64,000 nt of DNA from Chrysomallon squamiferum (lineage: Eukaryota > Animalia > Mollusca), in assembly GCA_012295275.1 (NCBI GenBank), contig CM022671.1, positions 24,924,001 through 24,988,000 of the forward strand, written 5' to 3'. Both the position numbers and the translations under genes were made by a program. The notes under the pieces were generated by a model. It worked only from the letters and a program-made list of their open reading frames with translations, made no database searches and was not told the origin of the DNA. Of the stretch, positions 14,907-26,808 are shown piece after piece. Positions within the stretch are counted from its first letter, which is position 1, and each line of letters begins with the position of its first letter.

Positions 14907-15842
14907 ATGGCCAATAACGAGACTAATACATCCATGGTGATTCCCATGCATATTCTAGGAGCCAGTACTTTTATTCTTGCTTGGGGATTTTCAAGTAACA
15001 TTTTCATGCTGTCGGCTCTGGTTAAGTCGAAGATGACCCGCGATATCATAGGTCAGTTCATGGTCAATGAAATATTCGCGGACATGTCTTTGCATCTGAA
15101 CACTGTTGTATTTCTTATTGTCAGCTTCTACACTCCAGAACTAATGTTTGGAATGGCTTTAGTTGTCGCCTTCGCGGGTATCAAATGTTTTTCTCTGATG
15201 GGGTTAAGCATCGTCCTCTGCATTGCCGTGTGTGATCCATTCAGATATCAAGTGCACATAACTGTGAAAAAGGTTAAAATATGTCTGGCGACAACCTGGT
15301 TCTGGATTCCCTTGGCGCTGTGTTACGTATATCTTGAAGGAACATTTTACAGAATTAATGAATTTTCTAACAGACTCGATCCCAACTACACAGCCGATAA
15401 CTGGTGGGTTGGAGTTCTTAATTTGTCAACCGTCATCGGCATCCCTTTCGTTGTAATCACGACCTGTATGGTTAAAATAGCCAAACACCAGAATGCTGCC
15501 ATTTTGAACAACTGCAACAACAGTCGAGTAACTGAAAGCAAAATTCGCTTGGCTAAGTTAAACACGGGTGTTTTCATTCTGTACGTTTTGTCTCAGTTTC
15601 CCTTTCACATTGTTCTTTCTCTGCATGTCATTAATCCTTTTATACTGGCGACTGGAGTTTTCTTTTACTTAATGTATCCCTTGATGAAACTCTTGCTCTA
15701 TCTGGCCTTGATGAGAAATTTCAGACGTGCAGCAGCGCAGATGTGTGGATGTGGAAAAACAAACGTGAAGAGATTGGATCGTTCCGGGACAAGTGTTTCG
15801 ACGGTAACAAAAAGCTGTGCGTCTTTAGTAACAGTTAAATAG
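14907..15842 (+). CDS. R3: intact intronless class A-like 7TM receptor, 311 aa (candidate chemoreceptor)
   Basis: Seven hydrophobic segments, N-terminal N-glycosylation sequons, GFSSN (TM1), NEIFAD (TM2), IAVCDPFRY (ICL2), W4.50, P5.50, SQFP (TM6), YPLMKLLLY...NFR (TM7/H8). Confidence 0.92.
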   Translation: MANNETNTSMVIPMHILGASTFILAWGFSSNIFMLSALVKSKMTRDIIGQFMVNEIFADMSLHLNTVVFLIVSFYTPELMFGMALVVAFAGIKCFSLMGLSIVLCIAVCDPFRYQVHITVKKVKICLATTWFWIPLALCYVYLEGTFYRINEFSNRLDPNYTADNWWVGVLNLSTVIGIPFVVITTCMVKIAKHQNAAILNNCNNSRVTESKIRLAKLNTGVFILYVLSQFPFHIVLSLHVINPFILATGVFFYLMYPLMKLLLYLALMRNFRRAAAQMCGCGKTNVKRLDRSGTSVSTVTKSCASLVTVK

Positions 15843-17302
15843 CACAGAACCGATCGACTGATGGACAAAGAGATGAAGAAAGGTTATGTAGAATCAGATA
15901 CACAGAGAAAAAAAGACTGACAGATACAGAAGTATAGACAGAGAGAGATAAAACATTTTAGCTATGTAAAAAGAAATATAGAGTTGACAGTTTTATCCCA
16001 AACGAACCGAGAATTATCCATATAATGAAATGGATTGGAAAAAAAAATTAATATTATATTAGGAGTTGTAGCATATCAAATATTTTAATCAGTTTTATTT
16101 TATTTTATTTTTTATTTTATTTTTTTTTATTTAAAAGCTGCTTTACGGTAAATATGATAACTTAGAGCTGCAACATAACATTATGAACATTTTACTCTCC
16201 TTAATACTTATTTTATTTTTGAAAAGTATATATATACACACACACGTAGACACAGACATATCTCCTAACAATTCTTCTGAATATAAATAACAGTATTTTA
16301 AAGATTTTCTTCTCAGAACAAATAAAATATAATATCATCCGATTTTAGTAAATGTATGTAAAATGACATTTTGCTAGTTTTAGTTATTCGAAAACGATGT
16401 CTGAAATGATGCAAATGTCACTGAATTATTAAAACTCTAAATGAAGTTATTGCTTTTTTAAAGAGGCACTCAACTGCGCACAGGGGATTTATGAAGAATA
16501 TGTATAATAACTAAAATCACTTTTCATTAGACGTTTGTTGTATTGATGATTGCATTTATATGTATATAAATGTGTATATATATGTTTGTATGTGTGTGTG
16601 TGTGTGTGTTTTTGTTTGTATGTTTGAATGTATGTTTTATTTAACTATATGTATGTATTTATGCATGTATATAATATATATGCATGTATGAATATATGTA
16701 TTATATATATGTATGTGTGTATCTATACATTTATGTATGTATGTATGTATGTGTATGTTTTTGTTTGCCCGAAACAATAAAGAGAACATCCAGATGAGAA
16801 AACTTCGTTGAATTAAATGATAATAAGACGTATATTTCTTAAAACTGCATTGTATACTTCACTTCAGACTGGAGATATTGTCAGACATTTGTTTGTAGTT
16901 TAAATATATATACGATGTATAAATGTTGCGAAACACACAAACCAGCGATTGGCAGGATCGCAGTGTTTGAGTGCAGCAAGTGTCATTAAAATACAGAGTT
17001 TTTTTTTCGTATGTTATCACTATATATTGTATGTCGTTCTCAGTTTCTGTCTGGATAAAAAAAAAAAAAATGATATGTTTTACAAGCCAAAGTATGATTA
17101 GACAGTTATTTTATATTTTCACTAGCAGCAAATGAACAATAAGTCGACAGCATAAGAGCCTAGTCAACAAAATCTCCGCTGACTATGCCTTCATATAAAC
17201 TAAATGATTACGTAGGTTTTATTATTATTATTATTATTACTATTATTTATTATTTATTATTATATATTTATTTATTTATTTATTTATTTGTTTGTTTATT
17301 TG

Positions 17303-17353
<51 letters not shown>

Positions 17354-17825
17354 TATTGTTGTTGTTGTTGTTGTTATTGTGATTGTTGTTGTTGCTGTTG
17401 ATTTGAAAAAGATAAAATAACTCACATGATTTTTTAAAGGTTGCAGTGGTACTTAAATGTAAGTAAAGACGAACGTTTAAACACTTACGATAGCCTCTTT
17501 GACCCTAGACGAGAGAACGTTGTGTACGCTAAACCAGATTAGTGAAATTCGCTTTATAATCCGTCTGAGTTTCCGGACGTGTTTGACCGGTATAGCGGTA
17601 AACTAGCTATCTGTCGACTTATTTTTATATAATAATATGAAAAGATATCTTGATTTAATTGCCACAGTGTATGTGGTTTTTCGTAATTATCAACATTAAG
17701 AAAAGAGAAAGCACCTATGACAGTGCAGTTATAGAACAGCAAAGATAATAGAACTGGTATGAAATTTTCCTTTTATTAATTAATAGAGTTGGTAACACTA
17801 ATAATAAAATTAATTACTGGCATCT

Positions 17826-18031
17826 TATTATATTATATTACAATATATTATATTATATTATATTATATTATATTATATTATATTATATTATATTATATTA
17901 TATTATATTATATTATATTATATCATATCATATTTTGTTATATTACATTATATTATATTATATTATATTATATTATATTATATTATATTATATTATATTA
18001 TATTATATTATATTGTATTGTATTATATTAT
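17826..18031. repeat. (TATTA)n pentanucleotide microsatellite
   Basis: ~40 tandem units. Confidence 0.95.
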
Positions 18032-18239
18032 GCGAAAGAAAAAGAAATTCATTATGAAATATATTTCCTACATAATGAGCACAAAATAAAATAAAATAAA
18101 ATAAAATAAAAATTTCAGTTATACATACTGCCAGCAGTTTCCTACGAAGTTGAAATTACAGCAGTGAAGTTTACTCTATACAAATGATTATTTAGCCAAT
18201 AATAACTCTAGTAAAAACTTACCTATATTATACTCCTGT

Positions 18240-18320
18240 TGTCAATCAACATTCTTCACAAAACAGTTATAAATGTTAACCAATGACAAGCGAGATGGAC
18301 GTAAACTAATAAAAAATAAA
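18240..18320 (+). promoter_or_regulatory. R4 promoter module: TGTCAATCA, then TTAACCAATGA, then an A/T-rich box
   Basis: TGTCAATCA at 18240 and CCAAT at 18280, ~345 bp upstream of the ATG. The same order occurs upstream of paralogs. Confidence 0.55.
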
Positions 18321-18623
18321 ATTAATGCAACTACATTTCGCTTACGTAATATAAATTATGTGCTGCACAGTTGGTGACAGTCATTACTGTTGTAAATGCT
18401 AGAATGAAAAAGAACAAAAGAAAAAAAAAAAAAAAAAAACATAAGGCGAAAGTTTTGATTGAAATTTTTTCTGACGTTTGATGGCTGAAGTAGTAACTAG
18501 AAGTATAGATTGTGGCCTTTTGTTGTGGAGAATATTCAGTAATTCTTCAACATAACTGTGATTTGTAACATAGGCACTAACGCGTGAAAATAATCTTATA
18601 ATATTTCTAAAGAGGAAGTTACC

Positions 18624-19595
18624 ATGACGGTGAACATATCGAATACCTCTGATCTCATACCTCCTTTAGGAGCGAGTTGTTCTGTGATACTGTGGGGATT
18701 TTCAAACAACATCTTCATTCTGATGATTCTTGTAAAATCCAGGATGGTTTTCGGTGTGATCGGCCACTTCATGGTTAACGAGGTTATTGCCAGCATGTTG
18801 CTGCATTTAAACACTGCGACTCTGCTAATCGCTAGTTACTATGCTTCACATGTAATATTTAACATGGCGTTAGTGCCTGCCTTCTCATCGGTAAAATGTT
18901 TTACCATGATGGGGTTAACCATCGCTCTGTGCATTGCTATATGTAACCCTTTGAAATATCATATCCATATCACAAAGACGAGAGTGAAAACATATTTGGC
19001 AGTAATATGGCTGTGGGTTCCTGTTGTGTTATGTTTCATATACTTGGACGGGACATATTTTGAGTTCAATGAACAGTCGAAAAGACCTGATCCCAGTTAT
19101 ACTTCAGAGAACTGGTGGGTTGGGTTAATTAATTTATCCGGCGTAGTTGCTGTTCCTTTGATTGTAATCACTGCATGTATGATAAAAATAACCAGACATC
19201 AAAATGCAGCAGTTTTAACCAGCTCTTACATTAAGAGGACGACAGAAAGCAAAATTCGTTTGGCTAAGTTAAACACGATAGTTTTCATTTTGTACATCTT
19301 GTCGTACTTACCATTTCACATCGTTTTGTCGCTTCACATTGTGGACGCTGTAGCTTTTGGATGCATGGCTTTTCTGTATTTCATCTACCCGTTGTTAAAA
19401 CTGTTTGTTTATTTAGCTTTGATGCGAATATTCAGGACCACTGCAGTAAACATTTGTTGTTTTGGTTGTAGAAATAAAACAAACGACGATACATCAAATG
19501 TTCTTAGAATAACAGCAAAATCGGCTGAAAACAAAGATTTCCAAGATATTCGAATGGTCGTTAGCAGAGGAAAAGAGCAACAAGGCACGAATTAA
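18624..19595 (+). CDS. R4: intact intronless 7TM receptor, 323 aa
   Basis: Same motifs as R3 (GFSNNIF, NEVIAS, KCF, IAICNPLKY, NWWVG, ESKIRLAKLN, YPLLKLFVY). Confidence 0.92.
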   Translation: MTVNISNTSDLIPPLGASCSVILWGFSNNIFILMILVKSRMVFGVIGHFMVNEVIASMLLHLNTATLLIASYYASHVIFNMALVPAFSSVKCFTMMGLTIALCIAICNPLKYHIHITKTRVKTYLAVIWLWVPVVLCFIYLDGTYFEFNEQSKRPDPSYTSENWWVGLINLSGVVAVPLIVITACMIKITRHQNAAVLTSSYIKRTTESKIRLAKLNTIVFILYILSYLPFHIVLSLHIVDAVAFGCMAFLYFIYPLLKLFVYLALMRIFRTTAVNICCFGCRNKTNDDTSNVLRITAKSAENKDFQDIRMVVSRGKEQQGTN

Positions 19596-20134
19596 CTAAA
19601 CTAATTGTAGCATCACGGTGTTTATTTATTAGAAGAACGGTCATAACGGAGGAGTATAAATTATGTCCTGTATTCTGCGTGTTGGCTACTGGAATAAATC
19701 ATGACACATGGATGAAAAACAGAGACGGAGTCAAAATAAAGTTAATAATGACAAAATATTTCAATAAACGTGTTTTAGACAGAATTTCATAGAATTCATT
19801 ATTACAAGATAATACTCTTTTGTAATACCTTAAACTGTTAATAAACGTATTTATTCGAGTGTTTTATTTTCAGTGACTGGAATTTGTGACATAATGTTAG
19901 AAAGCGGTAGGTGTTTGATTTTTGTAAGTGTAGTCGTTTTTTTTTTAATGCTTTTTGTATGTACAGTTATAGGTGAAGTAATATTTTATTTTATCATATT
20001 TTGTAATTACAACATTAAATTTGTTAGTTATGATAATGCTACAGCTGCTTTAATAAGTAAGGACATATTTCGATTTAAGTCATAAACATTACAGCTTTGT
20101 AGCTACGTGATAATAATAATAATAATAATAATAA

Positions 20135-20167
<33 letters not shown>

Positions 20168-20437
20168 GAAGAAAACTACATACATACATACATTCAACAA
20201 TACAAACATACAAAAGCTGTATAATTTTATTTCATTGTTAGTTATTGATTAATATTTTGTTGATGCATTCTTACATAAATTGTTTACTCGGCTTGTTGTT
20301 GCTGTAGTTATTGTCGTTACAATAGTTATGAGTATGTGAATGCAATATTTAAAATCACTATTCAAAAAGTAAACTGTATATAAATTTTATACTGCTTCAA
20401 ATAATTGTTTTGGTTTTGTGGACACTATTCTTTTGAA

Positions 20438-20471
<34 letters not shown>

Positions 20472-20764
20472 TGACAATAATAACACAAATACGTCAAAAG
20501 GAATGGGTATTTTTGCTCTTTTTGGGACATAATTTGCGTTAAGAAGTGTAATAAAGCAATTATTTGCAAAACTGGAAAATGATAACTAATATCTACTAAA
20601 CAACGTCACAGCAAGAAAGAAATGGTTGCCTTTAGACGGGGGTCTGACCTTTCATTTTACTTCCTTATTTTATTAAGTTTTATTAATCATACTGCCCATT
20701 CAGGTGCACGAAATATTTTAATTTTGTTATGTGTAGCACCATAGTTTTATATATATATAACTAT

Positions 20765-20804
20765 GTAATCATTTTGTTTATTAGCTGAATGTATGTTTAT
20801 ATAA

Positions 20805-20842
<38 letters not shown>

Positions 20843-20869
20843 CTTTCAGCTAATAAACAAAATGATTAC
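20765..20869. repeat. Perfect 25-bp inverted repeat around a (TA)n tract
   Basis: gtaatcattttgtttattagctgaa (20765-20789) and ttcagctaataaacaaaatgattac (20845-20869). Confidence 0.9.
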
Positions 20870-21009
20870 GTGTAATATGAAAAAAAAAATAATAATAAGT
20901 CTCAGATTTTCACAAATTATTTAAACCCCAAGTAAATTAAGAGTTTTAAATCTGAAAGAAAGAAAAAGGGAATTAAAAAAAAAAAATACTAATTAGTTAC
21001 ACGTAATAT

Positions 21010-21270
21010 TGCTACACTAATACTTTCGAATTTAATTCTGTTATTATTAATCACAGACGTTTTTATTCTAGGATGTGTTTTTGTTGTAATGTAGATTTTT
21101 CCATTTATTCAGATTAAATCCTTTGATCTGTTTCTTATGTACTCTCTTATGTGGACTTTTACATTTGAATTACGTGGCATTTTTCTTTTTCAAGATCTTA
21201 TAATTTGTCGTTTTGCTTTTCCATTGTTACTGTAATCCGTAATCCATATTGACGAACGTAATTAACCCAG
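21010..21270 (+). other. Conserved downstream non-coding element (copy after R4)
   Basis: Core ttttattctaggat...ttgttgtaatgtagatttttccatttattcagattaaatcctttg, also found after R5, R6, R7, R9 and R10. Confidence 0.65.
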
Positions 21271-22242
21271 TAATGCAGCAGTTCAAAGAGTATTTGTCTG
21301 TCATCAGTTAGTGCTAACAGCAAACCAATAAGAAAATGTCTGTCTGGAAATAAAAAATAAATAATAATGATAATAAAAGATAAACTGTGCACAAGAAAAA
21401 ATAAATAATAATGACAAGAAAAGATAAACTGCGCACAAGAAAAAATAAAGCAATAATGATTGTTCTTTTTTGCATACATGCCTACATACATACATAAGTA
21501 CGTACATAAGAACATACATACATACATACATACACATAAATTAACTTATTATTTTTCATAATAGATACGGATATTTTAACAGGCAAATAAAACAAACAAC
21601 ATAAGATAAGACATTATAACCTTAAATCATTTACGTGTGCATATATATTTGTATGCATGTATGTATGTGTATGTAATGTTTATACATGTAAAACTGATTG
21701 TATTTACGAACGTACATGTACACTATGTTCTTATATACCTACTAAGTCCGACAAGCTATCAGTGGATAATGAAAAATACATTTCTTGAGATGTATGGCTA
21801 ATCTTTGATTCTGATGGCTGAGAAGAATTATGACGGCCAGACTGTTTAACCACTTTTATAAATAATTAGGTAAAAATGTCCATGCTTGGATCTACAAGGT
21901 TTTATATCTCACAGTACTAATGCTCACGATCTACTGGGAGTAAGATCGCTCTCAAACCTTAAAGTTAGTCTCGAATTTTGTCAAAACAAGCTATGCACTT
22001 TGTTAAATGATGTTATGATAAAGTTATCTAAAAGGTGAGTGTGTAATGGGGCGCAATCTCATATGTCCTTGTTTATAAACTGTTCGTATCTGTCAAGTAA
22101 AAAAAAAAAAAAAAAAAAACAGAGGACACATGTACATGGCCTCGATACTTTGAAAATATTGTTTATTAATAGGTTACGACATTATTTAAACATTTTCACA
22201 TATGTAAATTAAATTTTACTATTTCTGTATTTTATTTGTGTA

Positions 22243-22275
<33 letters not shown>

Positions 22276-22283
22276 TGGTGTGG

Positions 22284-22324
<41 letters not shown>

Positions 22325-23058
22325 GAATTTACGTGACTAAATATTTCATTTAATCTAAATCTAGGCTCATTGCGCGTAAATAAACATCACCAATTTCAGC
22401 TTTCACTTCTTTTTTTCTTTTTTAAACTTCCGCGTACAGTATTATTTACAAGAATAATTTTATAACATTAATTTACGTGTCTAAATATTCCATGATAGTA
22501 TACCTAGACTAAATAATACCATTAAGAAAAAAATGTATAATTTTCCCAAGTTTCGGTTTTCGTTTGTTCTAATTTTCAAAAATAGCTTATTAAAGGTTTC
22601 TAAACGTAGCTAATTGCCAGCATAAAAGTCTGTAAGCAGTTTCTTCTTATAGACAAAACATTAATTAATTTGTTTCCGAAGCAGAATGATTTATTCATAT
22701 CATAAACTGTCTGTTTTAACAAACTTTCATGTATTAAAAAATGTATATGCTTTAGTTCATATCCATTTAAACTGAAGAAGGTAAACAACTAAAACAGTTT
22801 CATCACTGTTAATTTTTTTTAATAAAGACCGAATGCTCTTTTTATATAAATATGTAAAGTAGATATGATGTTATATAATTTAACGCTGGACTTAAAACAC
22901 TTTATTTGCGTAGACAGATTCTCTCGTATTCAGTATCGACAAAACGTTCTTACGTATATGATAGAAATCAATAAAAAAAAAGAAGAAGAAGAAAGGGAAA
23001 TAAATAGCAATTTTACTACTAATAATAATGGTTATAATAATAATAATAGTAATCATAA

Positions 23059-23089
<31 letters not shown>

Positions 23090-23171
23090 ATAGATAGATA
23101 AATAATTATAGACTTGTTTCTTCATATTGAAATAATTATAGATGGAATTACAAAGAAACACTGGCTCTAGA

Positions 23172-23246
23172 TGTCAATCATAATTCTTGACAAAATCAGT
23201 TTATCCATTAACCAATGATAAGCGAACTGGTGCATGAATATATAAA
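23172..23246 (+). promoter_or_regulatory. R5 promoter module: TGTCAATCA, CCAAT, TATATAAA
   Basis: Motifs at 23172, 23212 and 23239, ~390 bp upstream of the ATG. Confidence 0.6.
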
Positions 23247-23599
23247 GAAGTAAAGTACATCGCATTTCTCATAATATACTCAGTTTCGTAACATATTTAA
23301 CAGGCTAGAACAAAACCTTACAAGTGCAGAAAAACCACTTCATTATCATTAATACATTATTAACTAACACGGAATTTTTTTAAAAGAACAATTTTCATCG
23401 CATGTACTCTTACGGAGAACATAACCGTCGGACACACTGAAGGAATATGTTAATATTTGATAGCATCTTTGGTAAAGGATTAATAAATATTTTAATTTAA
23501 CCAGCAAATACTTAATTATGCACAGTGTAAAATCAAAGAGTTCAGAATTTGTTCTGTGATTCGCGAAAAACAAACACGAACTGTGAAGAGGAACTGAAT

Positions 23600-24568
23600 A
23601 TGACACCAAACGTGACTAATGCATCCGAAACAATACCTTTGGGTTTAATAGGAGGAAGTGTCTCGGTCATGATATGGGGAGTGTCGAACAACATCTTTAT
23701 ACTGATGATTCTGGTAAAATCGAAGATGTTTTTTGGAGTCATAGGCCAGTTCATAGCTAACGAGGTTCTAGCTGATATGGTTTTACATCTGAACACGGCA
23801 GCGTTTCTAATCGCTAGTTTCTACACGTCGAAATTATTGTTTTCTATGGCTTTCGTCGCCGCCCTGGCTTCCATTAAAAGTTTTTCTATGATGGGGTTAA
23901 GCATATCTCTCTGTGTTGCTGTGTGTAATCCTATAAGATACCACATACATATTTCTGTGAGACGAGTGAAGATTTACTTGGCGACGACGTGGCTGTGGGT
24001 TCCCGTGGCGTTGTGTTACATCTATCTTGAAGGTTCATTTTACAAGGCGAACCAACGTTTGAAAAAACTGTTTCCCAATTACACTCGTGACAACTGGTGG
24101 GTTGGTGCATTTAACATGACGGGCATAGTCGTGATTCCTTTCATTGTAATCACATTCTGTATGACAAAAATAGCCAGACATCAAAGTGCTGCAGTTTTAG
24201 CCAACTCTTACCTCAAGAGGACAACGGAAAGCAAAATTCGCTTGGCTAAGTTAAACACGATAGTGTTCATTCTGTACGTCTTATCTCACGTTCCGTTTCA
24301 CATCGTTTTCTCGCTTCACGTTCTCGAACCAGTTGTCTTTGGAACCATGACTTTCATTTACTTCATCTATCCACTGATGAAACTCTTTGCTTATTTGGCT
24401 TTGATGAACATTTTCAGACGCACAGCAGCAAAGATTTGTTATGGCGTTTGTACGAATAAAACAAGTGGAGGCAATGTTTCCGACCACACGACAATAACAG
24501 CGGAACCGGCTACAAGTCGAGATATTCATGAAGATGTTGACCTGTGTGTTGGTAAGACAAGAAATTGA
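23600..24568 (+). CDS. R5: intact intronless 7TM receptor, 322 aa (ATG at 23600; the ORF track uses an upstream TTG)
   Basis: MTPNVTNAS start aligns with paralog starts, and all family motifs are present. Confidence 0.92.
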   Translation: MTPNVTNASETIPLGLIGGSVSVMIWGVSNNIFILMILVKSKMFFGVIGQFIANEVLADMVLHLNTAAFLIASFYTSKLLFSMAFVAALASIKSFSMMGLSISLCVAVCNPIRYHIHISVRRVKIYLATTWLWVPVALCYIYLEGSFYKANQRLKKLFPNYTRDNWWVGAFNMTGIVVIPFIVITFCMTKIARHQSAAVLANSYLKRTTESKIRLAKLNTIVFILYVLSHVPFHIVFSLHVLEPVVFGTMTFIYFIYPLMKLFAYLALMNIFRRTAAKICYGVCTNKTSGGNVSDHTTITAEPATSRDIHEDVDLCVGKTRN

Positions 24569-26047
24569 CTGGAAGTCACAGAATACAAAACAGACAAACA
24601 GTGGAAGCCACGTCCGTAAATAGACTCTTTTTGAAATGAGGCAAAAACATTTATTCGCCCCGCTCCGCTTGGTCATGATCGCGATGATGTCGATAGACTT
24701 CAAACGGTAACCGTAGACATAAACGAATTCATTCAGTGGATATCTTTTCTATCGGAATTGAGATTTATATTTTATATTTTTTAAAACAAAACCTTTTGTA
24801 AAAAAACAAAAAATAAAAAATAAAAATAAAAAAATAAATAAAAAATAAATAAATAAAATAAAACAATAATAATTAAAATCTTCGATTTCGATATGAGGCT
24901 TTTGCATCAATGTAGTTACAGCCATGGAAGCTGTAATAAAGTATGTGTATTTGTGAGCTGTGAAAAACTGAGTATCAGAATAACACAGACATCTGCTGTT
25001 ACCAATGATAAAACAACAATAACTTTCTGGTGTTTGGCTTTACAAGTTATTCACAAGCAATTCACATCAGAATTGCAAAAATTATTGTTAGTGAAGAATA
25101 ATAAATGTGTAAGAAAATACTGCAGTTTGTAAAATTTTAATATATAACAATAAACTTTTTCTTCCTTTATGTAACTTTGATGAAACAAAATTTAATGATA
25201 ACACGTATTTTGTTTTCAGTTTTACTTGGTAGTTTTGATATTTGTTAAATTAAATATAAAATAACGTTTGATGATGGTGATGATGATGATATTCATAATA
25301 ATAATAATGATGATGATGATAACGATGATCACGAGTCGTGAAAGTACATCCCATTAATGTATTTTGAAGGAATGTAATTCTGAAAGACATTAAATATTAT
25401 TTCTTACATTTACTGTTACAGGTTCATTACTGTTGTTGTTGTTGTGCTGCTACGGTTGTTGTTATTTTAGTTGTTTTGCTCGTCTTAAATATATTAGTCC
25501 AATGACTCTGTTTAATATTTTGTATAATTAGATTAAGTGAAACCACATATTTAATATAATCTGATAGCTAGAATTGCTTTCTACTTTGTAGCAAAATAAA
25601 AAATAAAAAAAAATAAAACATATTCAAATATATGTAAGCCGTATAGCGGAAATAGTTATTACAGTTTTGTCAGGAGATAGTCAAAGATCTAAAGATAATT
25701 AATAAATGACAAAAACAATTTTCATGACTGTTTTGACAGTTCGCTTCAGTAGTTTCTTCTTTTTTTTCTTCTTCTTCTTATTATTATTATTACTATTATT
25801 ATTAGTAGTAGTAGTAGTACCAGTAGTAATAGTAGTAGAAGTAATAGTACTACTACTAGTAGTAGAAGTAGTAGTAGTAGTAGTAGTAGCAGCAGCAGTA
25901 ATAGTACTACAACAAGTAGTAGAACCAATGGTAGCAGTAGAAACAGTAGTAGTAGTAGTAGTAGTAATAGTAGGAGTAGTAGTAGAATTGTTAATTGACG
26001 GGATTGTCAGTTCGGCAAAACAGTTTCTTCTTCTTCTTCTTCTTCTT

Positions 26048-26078
<31 letters not shown>

Positions 26079-26339
26079 TTATTATTATTATTATATTATT
26101 TGGTTTTATGTAACGTATTACAAATCTGAACTACACGAATGCTTCAGCAATACATGATTAATGTTTTGTATGCAAGAAGAAACTGGCGAAGTTTGTTTAT
26201 TTATTATTTTTATTAATTTTCCTTTAAGGCGTTAATTTTTGAGAACTGCACTAATTAGTAAAAGTCAAAGATAGATTAATGAATTTCAAAAACCAAAAGA
26301 AAAGAATTTTTTTTTTTCAAAGTACCACTATTTTTCTCA

Positions 26340-26600
26340 TTTAATAATTCTGAATTTAATTTCATGCTGAAACATTGATTTATGTATTATTATTAATAAT
26401 CATCATTCACGTTATTATTCCTGGGCTTTTTGTTGTGATATAGGTTTTTCATTTATTCAGATAATGTCCTTTCGATTAGTTTCTTATATAATTTGTGCAA
26501 ACCTTTACATCGGAATTACATACAACTTTTTATCTGAACGAATTCTAATTTGTGTTTCTTTTTCCTCTGTCGCTATAATCCACAATTCACGCTGATGAAA
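26340..26600 (+). other. Conserved downstream non-coding element (copy after R5)
   Basis: taataattctgaatttaatttc...tttttgttgtgatataggtttttcatttattcagataatgtcctttc. Confidence 0.65.
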
Positions 26601-26734
26601 TTAATTTTCTAGGTGTTTCGCTCAGTAACATTTATAGATCGATCTTCAGCATATACACAAAAACAAACTATCTGCAGATGAATATCTTTAAATATCACTA
26701 CAGTAATAAGAGATACAGTAATAACAATGATAAA

Positions 26735-26808
<74 letters not shown>

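Noticed and set aside
14907-15842. Opsin, because of the Lys in TM7
   Set aside because: The Lys is four residues before Y7.53 (position 7.49), not at 7.43 (K296). There is also no C3.25 disulfide or E/DRY motif.
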